A stretch of DNA of 64,000 bases, from IMG/VR virus record IMGVR_UViG_3300033120_000611; one strand, 5' to 3'. The position numbers and the translations under genes are program-made. The notes beneath the pieces were generated by a model. The model was not told the origin of the DNA, did not search any database, and saw only the letters and a program-made list of their open reading frames with translations. Below, in pieces: positions 28,119-38,826 of this stretch. Within the stretch, counting starts at the first letter, position 1. Each line of letters opens with the position of its first letter. This DNA comes from a virus (taxonomy: Duplodnaviria; Heunggongvirae; Uroviricota; Caudoviricetes).

Positions 28119-28452
28119 TATTCTCTTTGTACTTATCTCCTCATGTCCAGCACAGAAGGGTAAGCATAAAGAGTTTAAGGTGTATCCATTTGGATGTACC
28201 ATATACGTCTTCACTGACTCAACTGACTATGTGAAGACGACAGGAGATTCAATACCGGCCTACAATGATTGTCAGACAATTCCCTTTGATAAAGGATTTG
28301 CCTTATTCTTACGTAATAAGGAATGCTTGGACCATGAGACGATTCACTTAACTTGGTTTATTTTGGACTTTTACCAGGTAAAAATAGACGTTGATAACCA
28401 TGAAATCCAGGCCTATCTATTCGAGTATATCAAATCTGAAATAAATAAATGA
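28090..28452 (+). CDS. lipoprotein (moron within the head module)
   Basis: Signal peptide MKPKIILLISILFVLISSC with lipobox ISSC. 120 aa from this ATG; the track ORF begins earlier inside the SPFH gene. Confidence 0.5.
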   Translation: MKPKIILLISILFVLISSCPAQKGKHKEFKVYPFGCTIYVFTDSTDYVKTTGDSIPAYNDCQTIPFDKGFALFLRNKECLDHETIHLTWFILDFYQVKIDVDNHEIQAYLFEYIKSEINK

Positions 28453-28543
28453 TCAGTTATGCTATAATAGTGATTCTGGATAAGCTTGTTTTGATAAGTG
28501 TAAAATCTTCCGTATCATTGTATTACACAACCAACTACAATAA

Positions 28544-29758
28544 ATGTTCACAGCAGGAGTAAGTCAAATGGATGACAGCCTTTTAGATGCGGCTTTTGGC
28601 GTTGCGCCAGCAGCAGATGCAACAAAGGCAGATCCAAAGCCAGTAGATAAACTGGCAAATTCAAGCGCTGATAGCGCAGGAGATGGAAAAGGACCTGGAG
28701 CACAAGCAGCACCGGCTAAGCAAGATAATGCAGACGTTGATGCTAATTTAGACTCAGATGTAGATCCATTGGATATTGCTTTTGGGACAAAGGCTGATAC
28801 GACAGTAGATGCTAATGACCAAGATCAAGGTAAAGATCCTAAAGCTACTCCAGCAAAGAAAGCTACCTCAGCTGAGAATATTGAAGTAGACTTTGAAGCT
28901 ATGTACAACTACATGGTCGATAAGAAAATCTGGAATGAAGTAACTCTTCCGGATGATGTGGAGTGGAATGAAGAAACATATCTTCTTGCTCAGAAACTTC
29001 AGGTAACTTCTGAAGTAGAAGCTGAACGTGAAAGGACTGGTCCTTATGGTAAGAAGATTATGGAGTATGAGCAGAATGGTGGCCCGGTTAAGGAACTACT
29101 AAAGATCTTCGCAGAACAAGAAACGATTCAAGATTTTGATATTAGTGAAGCTGATGGTCAAGAAACTTTCCTTCGTGCTTATCTAGAAAATCAAGGAGCT
29201 TCTGAGAAGAGTATAGATAGAACTATTGAGGGACTGAAGAACCAAGGTGCTGAAGCTTTGAAAGAAGAAGCTGAGGAAAGAAAGGCCCTATGGGATGCTG
29301 AGTATAAGGAAGGCATTGAAGCTGAACTTAAGGCTCAGAAAGAAAGAGCAGAGGCTGCTCAAAGATCTGTAAAGGAATTCCAAAAGAAGATAACTGAGAG
29401 TCTGACTGCAGACACTTCTGTTTCTCTTAAGGAAAGACGTGAGCTACAAAACTATCTACTTAACTATTCAAATCAGTTAGGTGGTAAACCAGTAACTCAA
29501 TTCTATGCAGATACTCTTGAGATCCAAAAGAATCCGGAACAGTTCATAGAACTAGCTAAGTTCGTGAAAGGTTTGAAGGATGGATCTTATAAGAAGAAAA
29601 TTGAGAGCCAGGCTAAGAAGGAAACCCAAGCAGCTACATTCATGAAGATCAAGAATGGTAATGCCCTTAAGGTTACTTCCGGAGACAAGATCGATGTACA
29701 ACGCAACGATAATAGTGGAGTAGACTTCGCAAGTTTATTCACTAAAAAGAAAAGATAA
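28544..29758 (+). CDS. scaffold-like acidic coiled-coil protein
   Basis: 404 aa. The N-terminal 120 aa are D/A/K-rich and disordered; the rest is E/K-rich and helical. Sits immediately upstream of the capsid candidate. Confidence 0.45.
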   Translation: MFTAGVSQMDDSLLDAAFGVAPAADATKADPKPVDKLANSSADSAGDGKGPGAQAAPAKQDNADVDANLDSDVDPLDIAFGTKADTTVDANDQDQGKDPKATPAKKATSAENIEVDFEAMYNYMVDKKIWNEVTLPDDVEWNEETYLLAQKLQVTSEVEAERERTGPYGKKIMEYEQNGGPVKELLKIFAEQETIQDFDISEADGQETFLRAYLENQGASEKSIDRTIEGLKNQGAEALKEEAEERKALWDAEYKEGIEAELKAQKERAEAAQRSVKEFQKKITESLTADTSVSLKERRELQNYLLNYSNQLGGKPVTQFYADTLEIQKNPEQFIELAKFVKGLKDGSYKKKIESQAKKETQAATFMKIKNGNALKVTSGDKIDVQRNDNSGVDFASLFTKKKR

Positions 29759-29782
29759 TAAATACTGAAAAATACAAACTAA

Positions 29783-31411
29783 ATGGCACTACAGTCAATC
29801 CCTACCTTCAACAGTTATAATAACAATGTCATTGTTAGACAAACTGAGTTCCGTCCTGGACAAATGACCGATGCTAACTCTATATACGCCCTGTTTAATA
29901 GAGATAGATTCAATGTAAATAGAGGAATGATCTCAGCTTGGAACCAAGCTAAGGTACTTCAAACTCCTCTGTTTAACTTAACAGAGGCACAGAACAACAC
30001 AATCTATGTCAATGGTGCTGAAGGCGAATTTGAATTCGCTATGCCATATGTACTAGATTTCCCACGTATCATGGAAGACGTAACAGATCCTCTTGATACT
30101 AAGCCAGGACTTGGTGGAGTTCCATTTGAGATCAAGGTAAACCTTGATGTATACAAGCCGGGTGACCACTTAACTTATGATCGCCTTAACGGGGTACAAG
30201 TAAGGGTAATGAATGTACCAGTAAGACCTGATGGTTCTGGATTCATCCTGACTGTTTCCCTAATTACTTCTGACCAAAAGAAGAAGTATTTCCCTAAGGG
30301 TAAGCTCGCTAATGGTGTACAACTAATTAAGGTTGGACAAGATACTGGTGGTGAGTTTGGTAAGGACTTCTCTAGTATCTCTGATGACACTGGTATGATC
30401 ACCATGCGTCACAGGATTGGTGCTGAGCGTGGTGTAACTGCAGCAATGACTGCATATGCAAACATGCTAGAACTTCCTACCGGATCAAACCCAGGCCTAC
30501 AAAAAGCATTTGCTAAGTATGACCTGCTAGGAAAGCAAGCAGTTGAAACATTTATTCATATTGATGAGAAGACTGGACAAGCAGTTGCTGGTTCAGCAAT
30601 GTGGGCTCCTACTGTACTCTCTCTGATCTTCCAGGAACTAGCTAAGCTAGAAGAAAGTGATCTGATGTGGGGACATGGTGGATTCATCCAAGGAGCAGGT
30701 AATAAGATCGTCATGCTAAGCCCAGGATTCTATCCTCAGCTAAAGAGAGGTCAATACCACAGAATTTCAAGATGGACAAGAGGAGTAGTAGAATCTATAC
30801 TTGGTAACCTGTATTCAGGTACTCTAATTCCTCCTACGGAAAGAAAGACTAAGATCAAGTGCGGTATGGGTGCTCTTACTGAGCTATACAAGATCTTCGC
30901 ACAAGAACTTGCTCAAATACCATTCCTAACAAGAACTGCAGATATTGGTGCTATCACTGGTGATGCAATGAACCTGGCTGTAGCTTATCGTGTTGTAAGC
31001 TTCATGTTCCCTGCAGCTGGTACAGTTACCCTTGAATATGAACCAGCATTTGACTCTTGGAACACTAGAGCTACTGACTCTCCAATGATAGGTATGTATC
31101 CTATCCACTCTTATAGCGCAGCTATTCTTGACGTAACAGATGAGAACTACACTAACGCAACTAAGAAGTCTGATAAGATAATCTATGCTGAGGGAGCTAA
31201 TAAGGCATCTAACGTATTCATGGTTAAGCCAAGCGCTCGTAAGTCTACTACTTGGGGTACTGTAAATGGTACAGAACACATGCTAGGAGAAGCAATGATG
31301 CATGGTATGCAGTCCGCTAACCTTGAGCCAGGATTTACAATCTGGGCAAAGAATCAATCTAGCGTTTGGATTGAGGACCTTACAAGATGCGTACTGATCG
31401 AACTAAGATAA
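29783..31411 (+). CDS. major capsid protein candidate
   Basis: 542 aa in the canonical position after portal and scaffold. Followed by a hairpin terminator. No motif confirmation possible by eye. Confidence 0.5.
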   Translation: MALQSIPTFNSYNNNVIVRQTEFRPGQMTDANSIYALFNRDRFNVNRGMISAWNQAKVLQTPLFNLTEAQNNTIYVNGAEGEFEFAMPYVLDFPRIMEDVTDPLDTKPGLGGVPFEIKVNLDVYKPGDHLTYDRLNGVQVRVMNVPVRPDGSGFILTVSLITSDQKKKYFPKGKLANGVQLIKVGQDTGGEFGKDFSSISDDTGMITMRHRIGAERGVTAAMTAYANMLELPTGSNPGLQKAFAKYDLLGKQAVETFIHIDEKTGQAVAGSAMWAPTVLSLIFQELAKLEESDLMWGHGGFIQGAGNKIVMLSPGFYPQLKRGQYHRISRWTRGVVESILGNLYSGTLIPPTERKTKIKCGMGALTELYKIFAQELAQIPFLTRTADIGAITGDAMNLAVAYRVVSFMFPAAGTVTLEYEPAFDSWNTRATDSPMIGMYPIHSYSAAILDVTDENYTNATKKSDKIIYAEGANKASNVFMVKPSARKSTTWGTVNGTEHMLGEAMMHGMQSANLEPGFTIWAKNQSSVWIEDLTRCVLIELR

Positions 31412-31428
31412 TCGACAATACAACATAT

Positions 31429-31460
31429 GGCCGGAGGAGTGATAACCTCCGGTCTATTTA
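31429..31460 (+). terminator. hairpin terminator/attenuator after the capsid gene
   Basis: GGCCGGAGG-agtgataa-CCTCCGGTC followed by TATTTA. Confidence 0.45.
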
Positions 31461-31485
31461 AACCAACCAACAAAATCAAAAACAT

Positions 31486-32397
31486 ATGGCTTTAAGTTTT
31501 CAGACTTATATCGTAAGACCAAGGATCTCTGATACAGAGGAAGACCAAGTATTACAAGCTTTAGGAAAAGCTGGAATGTCTAAATTTGCAGGCTGCCCTG
31601 ATACAATTAATGGAGCAGTCTTTGACAGGACATTGGATAGATTTCTTACAGGGTTTGATGAGAATCATCCGGATGTATTAAATCTTCCAGAAGATGAAAG
31701 GCTTGCTAGACAAGCTGAGATCAAAGAAGAAAGAGAGTTCCTCGAAAAGGAACTTGGTAAAAGTCTTCACCACACAAATACAGACTTCTGGGAAAATCTT
31801 CAGATAGTACTTGATCGTGGTAAAATGTTTAATACAGCTATACCAATGGATAGAATCAAGGTATCTGTATTGAGGGCCGGAAAGATTGTACCTCTATCAA
31901 AGGAGGATATAGACAATCCGGACTATAATGGAACATCCTTCTACATAGGAACTGAATTCGATGATGTAGATGATAAGGTTCTAACAAGAACCAAGGAAAG
32001 AGAGGTGGCTATCAAAACTGAAGAGCTACTTGAGAAGTTCTCGTATGCAGTTGAGATATCTAAATATCTCGGTATAGATGGAGTATCAGAAAGAATGCCT
32101 AGAGCAAATATGGATGATATCTTATCTACATGGCTAGAGAACTCTCCAAAGCATAAGGAGAAATTCCTGGATGCTATGAAGGAGACAGAAGATTTTATCA
32201 GACTCTCTAACAAGTTTAAGGAGTTCAGATCACTCAGACTAGTTAACTTCGAGGATGGTAAGTTTGTGGCCGGCAAGACTAAGCTCGCAGCTACTGAGAA
32301 ACTTTCTGTAAAGAAACTACTTGGAGCTGATCCAAACATGCAAGCTGTACTTGCTCAACTATTAGAAGATTCAAAAGAACTCAGAAATAAAAACTAA
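31486..32397 (+). CDS. structural hypothetical protein (head-associated)
   Basis: 303-aa charged protein following the capsid gene. Confidence 0.4.
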   Translation: MALSFQTYIVRPRISDTEEDQVLQALGKAGMSKFAGCPDTINGAVFDRTLDRFLTGFDENHPDVLNLPEDERLARQAEIKEEREFLEKELGKSLHHTNTDFWENLQIVLDRGKMFNTAIPMDRIKVSVLRAGKIVPLSKEDIDNPDYNGTSFYIGTEFDDVDDKVLTRTKEREVAIKTEELLEKFSYAVEISKYLGIDGVSERMPRANMDDILSTWLENSPKHKEKFLDAMKETEDFIRLSNKFKEFRSLRLVNFEDGKFVAGKTKLAATEKLSVKKLLGADPNMQAVLAQLLEDSKELRNKN

Positions 32398-32403
32398 TGA
32401 CTC

Positions 32404-33075
32404 GTGACCTCAGCAGACGCTTATACTTCCTTTTTACAATCGGCTAACAAGCTGAATAGTAATGATGATGTCAATGTAGACACTGGAAGATTCGTATTGC
32501 TTTATAATAAATGGGCAAGAGTTTGGTTAGAGCAAAGAGTTCGTAGAACAAAAAGTTCGCAAAAGATAGATGAGATCCAGCAACTGGTCAAGAAGAAAAT
32601 TCCTCTTACAATTGCTAGTGTTACATCTGATTATATAAACTTCCAATTACCAAAAGATTGGTTTGATCACATAGGTGGTTACGCAGTTTGTACCCGAGGT
32701 ACCTGCACTGGTAGGAAGATTAATTCGGATCAGGTCAAGAATGACAACGAGAGACTAGTGCTCTTCGATGACAACTGGAGACCTGATTTTGATTTTGAGT
32801 GGTTACCAATCACTATTGGAGCAGACGCAGTTCAGGTCTACTTCAAAGACTTTACAGTTCAGGAGTTCTTCCTGGATTATTATAAGTACCCTAGAGACAT
32901 AGACATAGCAGGTTATATCCGTCCGGATCTGAACCCATCTATAACTATTGATCCTGAACTAGATGATATCTATGTAAATGAAATCATCGATCTTGTTGTA
33001 GCTGATGTATCAAGGATATATCAGAATAATGATAAGACTCAACTTGACCTTAATAGAATTCAACAAAACAATTAA
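32404..33075 (+). CDS. structural hypothetical protein
   Basis: 223-aa ORF. Confidence 0.4.
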   Translation: MTSADAYTSFLQSANKLNSNDDVNVDTGRFVLLYNKWARVWLEQRVRRTKSSQKIDEIQQLVKKKIPLTIASVTSDYINFQLPKDWFDHIGGYAVCTRGTCTGRKINSDQVKNDNERLVLFDDNWRPDFDFEWLPITIGADAVQVYFKDFTVQEFFLDYYKYPRDIDIAGYIRPDLNPSITIDPELDDIYVNEIIDLVVADVSRIYQNNDKTQLDLNRIQQNN

Positions 33076-33085
33076 ATAAACACTC

Positions 33086-35134
33086 ATGTCATTTGTACAA
33101 CAAAACCGTCCCTATGAGAGACACATGGTAACTAATATACCAACTCTCCTTCCTGCGGGTAGACACCTGTCAGACCTGGCGGTTGGACAGATAGGTATCT
33201 TTGATGCTAAGACTAATCTCTCAGTAACAGCACCTACTTACCAAACTAATAAGGCAATCTATATTGCTCAGGGAACTCCTGACAGGTCTGCTTATGCACC
33301 TGGTGCCGGCATACCTAATATCTATAGGAAGACACACATTATACCAGGAAAGAATATCAAGGCCCTGCATGGCAAGAAAGCTAGCAGAGGACGTGGTGAA
33401 ATCGTAACTCTTGGTTATGATGGAGTAGATGTATCAAAGACTCTCTCAGCTAAACCTGGAGAAACTTTCTACTACTACATTCGTCTTACCGGTGAGCCTA
33501 TCTATAACCTAATGCCAGATAGAAGTAGAGGTGAGATCATTATGGGTGCAGTACAAATGCCTTGTGCAGATGACTGTACAGATAGCTGTGGAACAGTTGA
33601 CTGTAATGTGATAGTGGATAAGATCATAGAAGACTTTAATGGTGTTCTGATCGATGGAGAAATCTTTGGTGGAAAGCAACTTACTGGTGGACAACCAGCT
33701 AGGGATTATGTTAAGCTTACTAAGCTTGTACATTGTGATACACCAGCCAGCCTTACTGTAACTCAGTATGAGCAATATACAATAGATGTAACTGATGATG
33801 GATCAGATTATTCTCTAGGCCTTGTTCAGGCTCAATATCCTGGACTAGGAGTATACAGACTCAATAGAGTAGGACTTGTATCTACCTATGCATTTGTACA
33901 GATCCAAAGTGCTGGTGCTCCGGCTGACTATAACCAGGCAGCAGGAACAGTAATACCAAACTGTACAACTTGTCCAGCTGGTGCTACATCTCACCCTGCA
34001 TCTGCAGAGTTTACACTTAGAACTGAAGCAGTTCTAAGCTCTGGTCAACTGACTGCTCTGAATACTGTCCTATCTGCTCTATCAGGAGAAACTAGTCATA
34101 CAGTAACCCTACTACAACTTGATACACTTACAAATGTAGCTACTTACCAGATTAACATTCTGCCTTCAACAGCAGCTGGCGCTGTAGCATCAACAATAGA
34201 TACTGCAATCACAACTGCAGGTACTGTTAGTCAGTATGTTGTAGGATCAACTACACTAGTAGGTGTTACTGCTCCTTACTGTACTCTAGCTGCTTCAAAT
34301 ATCGCATGGAACTCTCCTACTGAGAACTTCTGTAATACTGTACAAGTACAGTTTACAATCACTGTAGCAGATAGCGAATGTGATAATACAGGTGCTGATG
34401 TTCTTGCTCAACTGCAAGCTGCATATGCAACTATACCTACAGACTATGGTACTGCAACAGGTACAGTAGCTCTAACAACTGCCGGAACTTGTTCAAATGT
34501 ATTCACGCTTACTACACAAAGCAAGAACTGTGTATCTGAAGGATGTGCTCCAGAAGATGTACAATTCCCTTACGTACCAGCTTGGCAAGGACAAGCATGG
34601 ACCCAAGTAGCTCTTCCAGAAGGAACAGGAAACTGTGTATGCGGTATCCAAGCTGAAAGTTCATTTACTACAAGAAGAGAAACAGCTTGTACATTTGGAT
34701 ACTGGGCTCGTCAGGTAGACTGGGTTCACATTGAGTTCAGCTCACATAATCCAGACTGGAGATCAACAGATATCTGTACTCTTGATCCTATCGCGACAAG
34801 AATACAAAATGGTGCTCAACCTAATGGTGATGGTCCATATGTTGTACGTCTCGAGAAGCAAGATAGAATGTATGATGGAGACTACTTCTATCTACAGGCT
34901 AATCTGAGAGAAGCGTTTGACTTCTACTTCGAAGCTAGGTTTGATACCTACTATGATATGGTATCTCTTGAGTATGAGTTTGACTACTACTCAAACCAGT
35001 GGTTCGGACAGAAGGATCATGACTCTTACCTGCAACATTTCTGGTTCCCAGAAACCCAGGCAACTGCTCTGATCAATGCGCTGAACACTTACGCTGCTAG
35101 TTCTCCGATCAACGTTGATCCAATAGTTCTCTAA
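33086..35134 (+). CDS. large structural protein with a T/A/S-rich beta-repeat region (decoration or tail component)
   Basis: 682 aa. The central ~300 aa are T/A/V/S-rich with recurring TxT/TVT strands and many Cys. Followed by a strong terminator. Confidence 0.45.
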   Translation: MSFVQQNRPYERHMVTNIPTLLPAGRHLSDLAVGQIGIFDAKTNLSVTAPTYQTNKAIYIAQGTPDRSAYAPGAGIPNIYRKTHIIPGKNIKALHGKKASRGRGEIVTLGYDGVDVSKTLSAKPGETFYYYIRLTGEPIYNLMPDRSRGEIIMGAVQMPCADDCTDSCGTVDCNVIVDKIIEDFNGVLIDGEIFGGKQLTGGQPARDYVKLTKLVHCDTPASLTVTQYEQYTIDVTDDGSDYSLGLVQAQYPGLGVYRLNRVGLVSTYAFVQIQSAGAPADYNQAAGTVIPNCTTCPAGATSHPASAEFTLRTEAVLSSGQLTALNTVLSALSGETSHTVTLLQLDTLTNVATYQINILPSTAAGAVASTIDTAITTAGTVSQYVVGSTTLVGVTAPYCTLAASNIAWNSPTENFCNTVQVQFTITVADSECDNTGADVLAQLQAAYATIPTDYGTATGTVALTTAGTCSNVFTLTTQSKNCVSEGCAPEDVQFPYVPAWQGQAWTQVALPEGTGNCVCGIQAESSFTTRRETACTFGYWARQVDWVHIEFSSHNPDWRSTDICTLDPIATRIQNGAQPNGDGPYVVRLEKQDRMYDGDYFYLQANLREAFDFYFEARFDTYYDMVSLEYEFDYYSNQWFGQKDHDSYLQHFWFPETQATALINALNTYAASSPINVDPIVL

Positions 35135-35156
35135 TAGAGCTCTAATTTTATAATCA

Positions 35157-35196
35157 GAGGGGCAGGCAGTCATTCTGCTCTGCCCCTTTTTATTTT
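35157..35196 (+). terminator. rho-independent terminator
   Basis: AGGGGCAG-gcagtcattctgct-CTGCCCCT followed by TTTTTATTTTT. Confidence 0.7.
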
Positions 35197-35203
35197 TCGA
35201 ATA

Positions 35204-35665
35204 ATGGCATCTAAAGATAAAGGAAGACCTGAACTATCAGTTATAAAGAAAGCAGTACTTCGCCTAGTACAAGGTCTAGTTTCAAAAAGTATATATCGTG
35301 GCATAGAGATTATAATGTCTCCATGTTGCAAAGTATATTTTACGAACTATGATATATCTTGTGATCCGGATAATCCTGGTAACTACATTGTTACTGTAAC
35401 AATTAATACACCACTATACTTATTAAATAAGGGAGTAGTTCAGTTAGGTGTTGGTTCCTATCAATCCAAGCATATAGACTATGTAGATGGAAGTACAACA
35501 TTAACATTTACAAATGTCGTTGCTGATCCAAGCGATACTCACTTATCAGTAGTAGCATTTATGGGATTGTTTCCAGAAGGTGATGTGAACTTTACTTCTA
35601 TTACTTACAGGATATCTAGTGACGTATCTCCTATTCCTGACCCAGTATTCCCAACCTGTCCATAA
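35204..35665 (+). CDS. structural hypothetical protein
   Basis: 153-aa ORF. Confidence 0.4.
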   Translation: MASKDKGRPELSVIKKAVLRLVQGLVSKSIYRGIEIIMSPCCKVYFTNYDISCDPDNPGNYIVTVTINTPLYLLNKGVVQLGVGSYQSKHIDYVDGSTTLTFTNVVADPSDTHLSVVAFMGLFPEGDVNFTSITYRISSDVSPIPDPVFPTCP

Positions 35666-35676
35666 AAAACAAAATA

Positions 35677-36258
35677 ATGACTGAGCTATTTGCACACAGA
35701 CAAAACATATTCATAGGCCTCTTTGGAAAGAAGGCTGGCCTTAAGCTACTACACTGGCTGGATCCATGCTGCACAAACTTCTGTGATGATGTTAAAGAGT
35801 GTGTGGGTATAACCTCTTCAGGTGATGCTTCACTATTCCTAACTCAGACCGGAACATTTGCATCTCCACAAGGAGAAACAGTAGCAACAGTTAATCTAAC
35901 ATCTTCTCAGATCTTAGCGCTTAACTCTACACCAGTACAATTGATTGCTGCTCCAGGAGCAGGTAAGGCCATAATAGTAGATGAGATTCTATTCAAGATG
36001 AATTTCGTTACTTCAGCCTATACTGGATCTAATGCAGTAAATTTTAAGTATACCGATAACTCAGGTCAAAGTGTAGCAGCTGCAGTACCATCTAGTATAC
36101 TAGATATAGCATCTGGAAGCTCTACATTTGTAACTGCAGGTAGTACTCACACACTAACAGCTAATGCTCCGGTAGTAGCTGTAGTTGGAACAGCAGACCC
36201 AGCAGCAGGTGGTGGTAATGCTACACTCACAATAAAGTATCGTATAGTAACACTATAA
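35677..36258 (+). CDS. structural hypothetical protein (G/A/T/S-rich, beta-rich)
   Basis: 193-aa ORF. Confidence 0.4.
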   Translation: MTELFAHRQNIFIGLFGKKAGLKLLHWLDPCCTNFCDDVKECVGITSSGDASLFLTQTGTFASPQGETVATVNLTSSQILALNSTPVQLIAAPGAGKAIIVDEILFKMNFVTSAYTGSNAVNFKYTDNSGQSVAAAVPSSILDIASGSSTFVTAGSTHTLTANAPVVAVVGTADPAAGGGNATLTIKYRIVTL

Positions 36259-36268
36259 ACCAATAACA

Positions 36269-36493
36269 ATGGCATTAACAAATGAAGGTAAGCTACAAGA
36301 TAATGTAGCATTTATAAAGGCTCTGCTAGAAAAGCAGATAAGCTGTTGCAATGATGTAGTTGCAGCTAGCTGGATGCATGATCAGTCTGATGTAGATGTT
36401 TATGTATTAGTTCACTCTGATGGAACTGTAGTAGTAAAGGATTCTCCAACAGGAGCTATTCAAACTAGTCCAGATCTTCCTCTCAAACCATAA
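36269..36493 (+). CDS. small structural hypothetical protein
   Basis: 74-aa ORF. Confidence 0.35.
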   Translation: MALTNEGKLQDNVAFIKALLEKQISCCNDVVAASWMHDQSDVDVYVLVHSDGTVVVKDSPTGAIQTSPDLPLKP

Positions 36494-36495
36494 TA

Positions 36496-38304
36496 ATGAT
36501 AGATCCAAAGAATATTAATCGCCTCAGGATACTTGATTCTGTTCTTATCCCGGATAATTATATCCCACAAAGAAAAGGACAGACTACTTCTCTGCCGGCC
36601 CTATTTCGTAGATTGATGGATAACTACCTTAACACAGATTGCTGTGCAGGGCAGGATCCAGCATTCTGTAATGCAGTAGTTGCTTGTGGTGGTGGAGGGA
36701 TAGTCGAGATGAAATATAAGAATCTTCTCGCAGCTATACTATCTTCATCTCTTATACCAGGTCAGCAAATACTTCTAACAGACTATCGTACTTCACATTA
36801 TATACAATACTCTGGTCCTGGTCCTACAGGTGTAGGTGGTGAATCTATTCACCTTGGTCCAGTAGAACCTCTACTACTTACTGTTATAAGTAATAATCAA
36901 CTAGCTAAAGAAGCTAGATCAGCATTACATCCAGAAGATACGATCTACTATGTGGCAGATCTGCCTAATAAAGATTTCGATTATGCAGCTATATCTGGTA
37001 AAGGATTAATTATCTATAGAGAAAGTTCCGCTTTAAAAACTGCAAGAGACTTTGACTGGAGGAATGTAGTTTTCCGTAGGTGGGAGACATCTGTAGGTAG
37101 TGGAAACTTCTGGGCTGTAAAACCAGTAGCCGGAGCAGCATTTGTGGATGTTACTACTTACCAAAATGTTGGAGGAGTTTATAACGTAACTATAAAAAGT
37201 CCTACAGGGGGAGATCCGAACTTTGATAATTACTGGAATGATAATACTGTATTTGATACAAACTTTGTATCAATTGTAAATATACAACAAGGATTTGGAA
37301 ATACCTTTTCTAGATTTACTCCAAGTGGAGGATTCATGTTCGAATTTAATTCAAATCAAGTTGCGTATAATACAGTAGTATCAGATAATATTTATCTCAA
37401 CTCCTTTGCAGATTTTACTAACAATAGCATAATAGCTCTATCTGATCAGGATGGACTAGCTGCAAATGTAGTAGGTGGATGTAGTCAGAATATAGCTAAA
37501 AGTCTTTCTGGAAATCAAGTTCAAGGAATTGATGGTAATAATTGTGGTGTTAACGGAGTGATAACATCTAACTATGGTGGAAGAATAGTAGATAACCAGG
37601 TTGAAACTATATCTGATAATATGGTACATTCTATTGATACTAATGCTGGGGTTACTATAGCTAGCTCACTAATTAGTGGAAATGTTGGATCTGTAATTAA
37701 TAATAACTCTGGCATAAGCGTGATACAAAATAATCAAGTATCAAGTATCTTCCAAAATGTAGTTGCAGTAATAGGTGGTAATGCTGGATTTGCAATAACA
37801 TTTAATAACGGACCAAATGATATATCAGCTAATACTGTACAATCTATAAGTAGTAATCACAATACTGGTGCTATAACTCAAAATGTTGCTGACTATATAC
37901 ATGATAATGATGCAAACGTTTTTGATATATCTGGTAATGTTTGCAATGAAATAAGTGGTAATGCTAATGGTGGTAAAATTACTAATAATACTTTTGGAGA
38001 CTCAATTGTATTTAACACTGGTTCTGGTGACATTGATAGTGTTTCAGGAATACAGTTCAGAAGTGTAACACTTGCTGGGGATGTTTTTCAATCATCTAAT
38101 GTAAACTTTAATACAGTAAACATTACAGATGATGTGATTAATACGACCTTTAATGGTCTTATAACAAATAAGACATTAACTCCTACAGCTAGTATATCTG
38201 GTCTTGGACCATCTATTGTAAAGTACGATAATGGCCTAATGGAGTTTGTTGAGGAGATATTAACTGGTGGAGTAGTAACATACTCTCTTCCGGTTACATC
38301 GTAA
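36496..38304 (+). CDS. tail fibre/spike protein with parallel beta-helix-like N/G/S/V repeats
   Basis: 602 aa. The C-terminal two-thirds carry repetitive ~20-25-aa N-rich units (NQVxxIxxN..., GNVxxxI.NN.G...) typical of right-handed beta-helix tailspikes. Confidence 0.55.
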   Translation: MIDPKNINRLRILDSVLIPDNYIPQRKGQTTSLPALFRRLMDNYLNTDCCAGQDPAFCNAVVACGGGGIVEMKYKNLLAAILSSSLIPGQQILLTDYRTSHYIQYSGPGPTGVGGESIHLGPVEPLLLTVISNNQLAKEARSALHPEDTIYYVADLPNKDFDYAAISGKGLIIYRESSALKTARDFDWRNVVFRRWETSVGSGNFWAVKPVAGAAFVDVTTYQNVGGVYNVTIKSPTGGDPNFDNYWNDNTVFDTNFVSIVNIQQGFGNTFSRFTPSGGFMFEFNSNQVAYNTVVSDNIYLNSFADFTNNSIIALSDQDGLAANVVGGCSQNIAKSLSGNQVQGIDGNNCGVNGVITSNYGGRIVDNQVETISDNMVHSIDTNAGVTIASSLISGNVGSVINNNSGISVIQNNQVSSIFQNVVAVIGGNAGFAITFNNGPNDISANTVQSISSNHNTGAITQNVADYIHDNDANVFDISGNVCNEISGNANGGKITNNTFGDSIVFNTGSGDIDSVSGIQFRSVTLAGDVFQSSNVNFNTVNITDDVINTTFNGLITNKTLTPTASISGLGPSIVKYDNGLMEFVEEILTGGVVTYSLPVTS

Positions 38305-38312
38305 TTAAAATT

Positions 38313-38594
38313 ATGGAAAAGGTAACTCTTATTTTTAGAAAAGAATTTGTAGGTTTTATCCTCACAATCGGGGCAATGATATTAACTGGAATAGCTTTAA
38401 GGGCATACATACATGACTCTAAGTTAGATCCTACAGCTATGTCCTTACTAATAGCACCTATTGGTGCTGGTGGATTACTCTTCTATGGAATAAGAACTAC
38501 TGAAGGATATTTGAATAATAAGTTAAGTGAGAGCACAGCGCCCAAGCAGCAATATGAACAAACTACTAGAATTACTGAACATGTTGGCAACTAA
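38313..38594 (+). CDS. holin-like small membrane protein (2 TM)
   Basis: 93 aa with two hydrophobic helices and a charged C-terminus. Located just upstream of the endolysins. Confidence 0.45.
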   Translation: MEKVTLIFRKEFVGFILTIGAMILTGIALRAYIHDSKLDPTAMSLLIAPIGAGGLLFYGIRTTEGYLNNKLSESTAPKQQYEQTTRITEHVGN

Positions 38595-38826
38595 TGATGA
38601 TAGATTTAGTTTTGTAACCGGGAGTATTTTCGGTACGAGTCTATTCATAGGAATGGAGTATCAACTATTTCATAGCATTATATCATTCCTAGGGAGTTGT
38701 GTTATAGCACTATTCTCTGGATTTTTTGGTGTCCTTGGCAAGGATGCCTATAATGCTGCTCTCGTGTGGAGCAAAGAAAAACGTTTACAATGGAAAACCA
38801 AAAAAAGACCTTCACAGAGAAAGTAA
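38554..38826 (+). CDS. second holin/antiholin-like small membrane protein (2 TM)
   Basis: Start chosen at the ATG (MNKLLELL...); the track ORF starts at an upstream GTG. It has two hydrophobic helices and a very basic C-terminus (KKRPSQRK). Confidence 0.4.
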   Translation: MNKLLELLNMLATNDDRFSFVTGSIFGTSLFIGMEYQLFHSIISFLGSCVIALFSGFFGVLGKDAYNAALVWSKEKRLQWKTKKRPSQRK

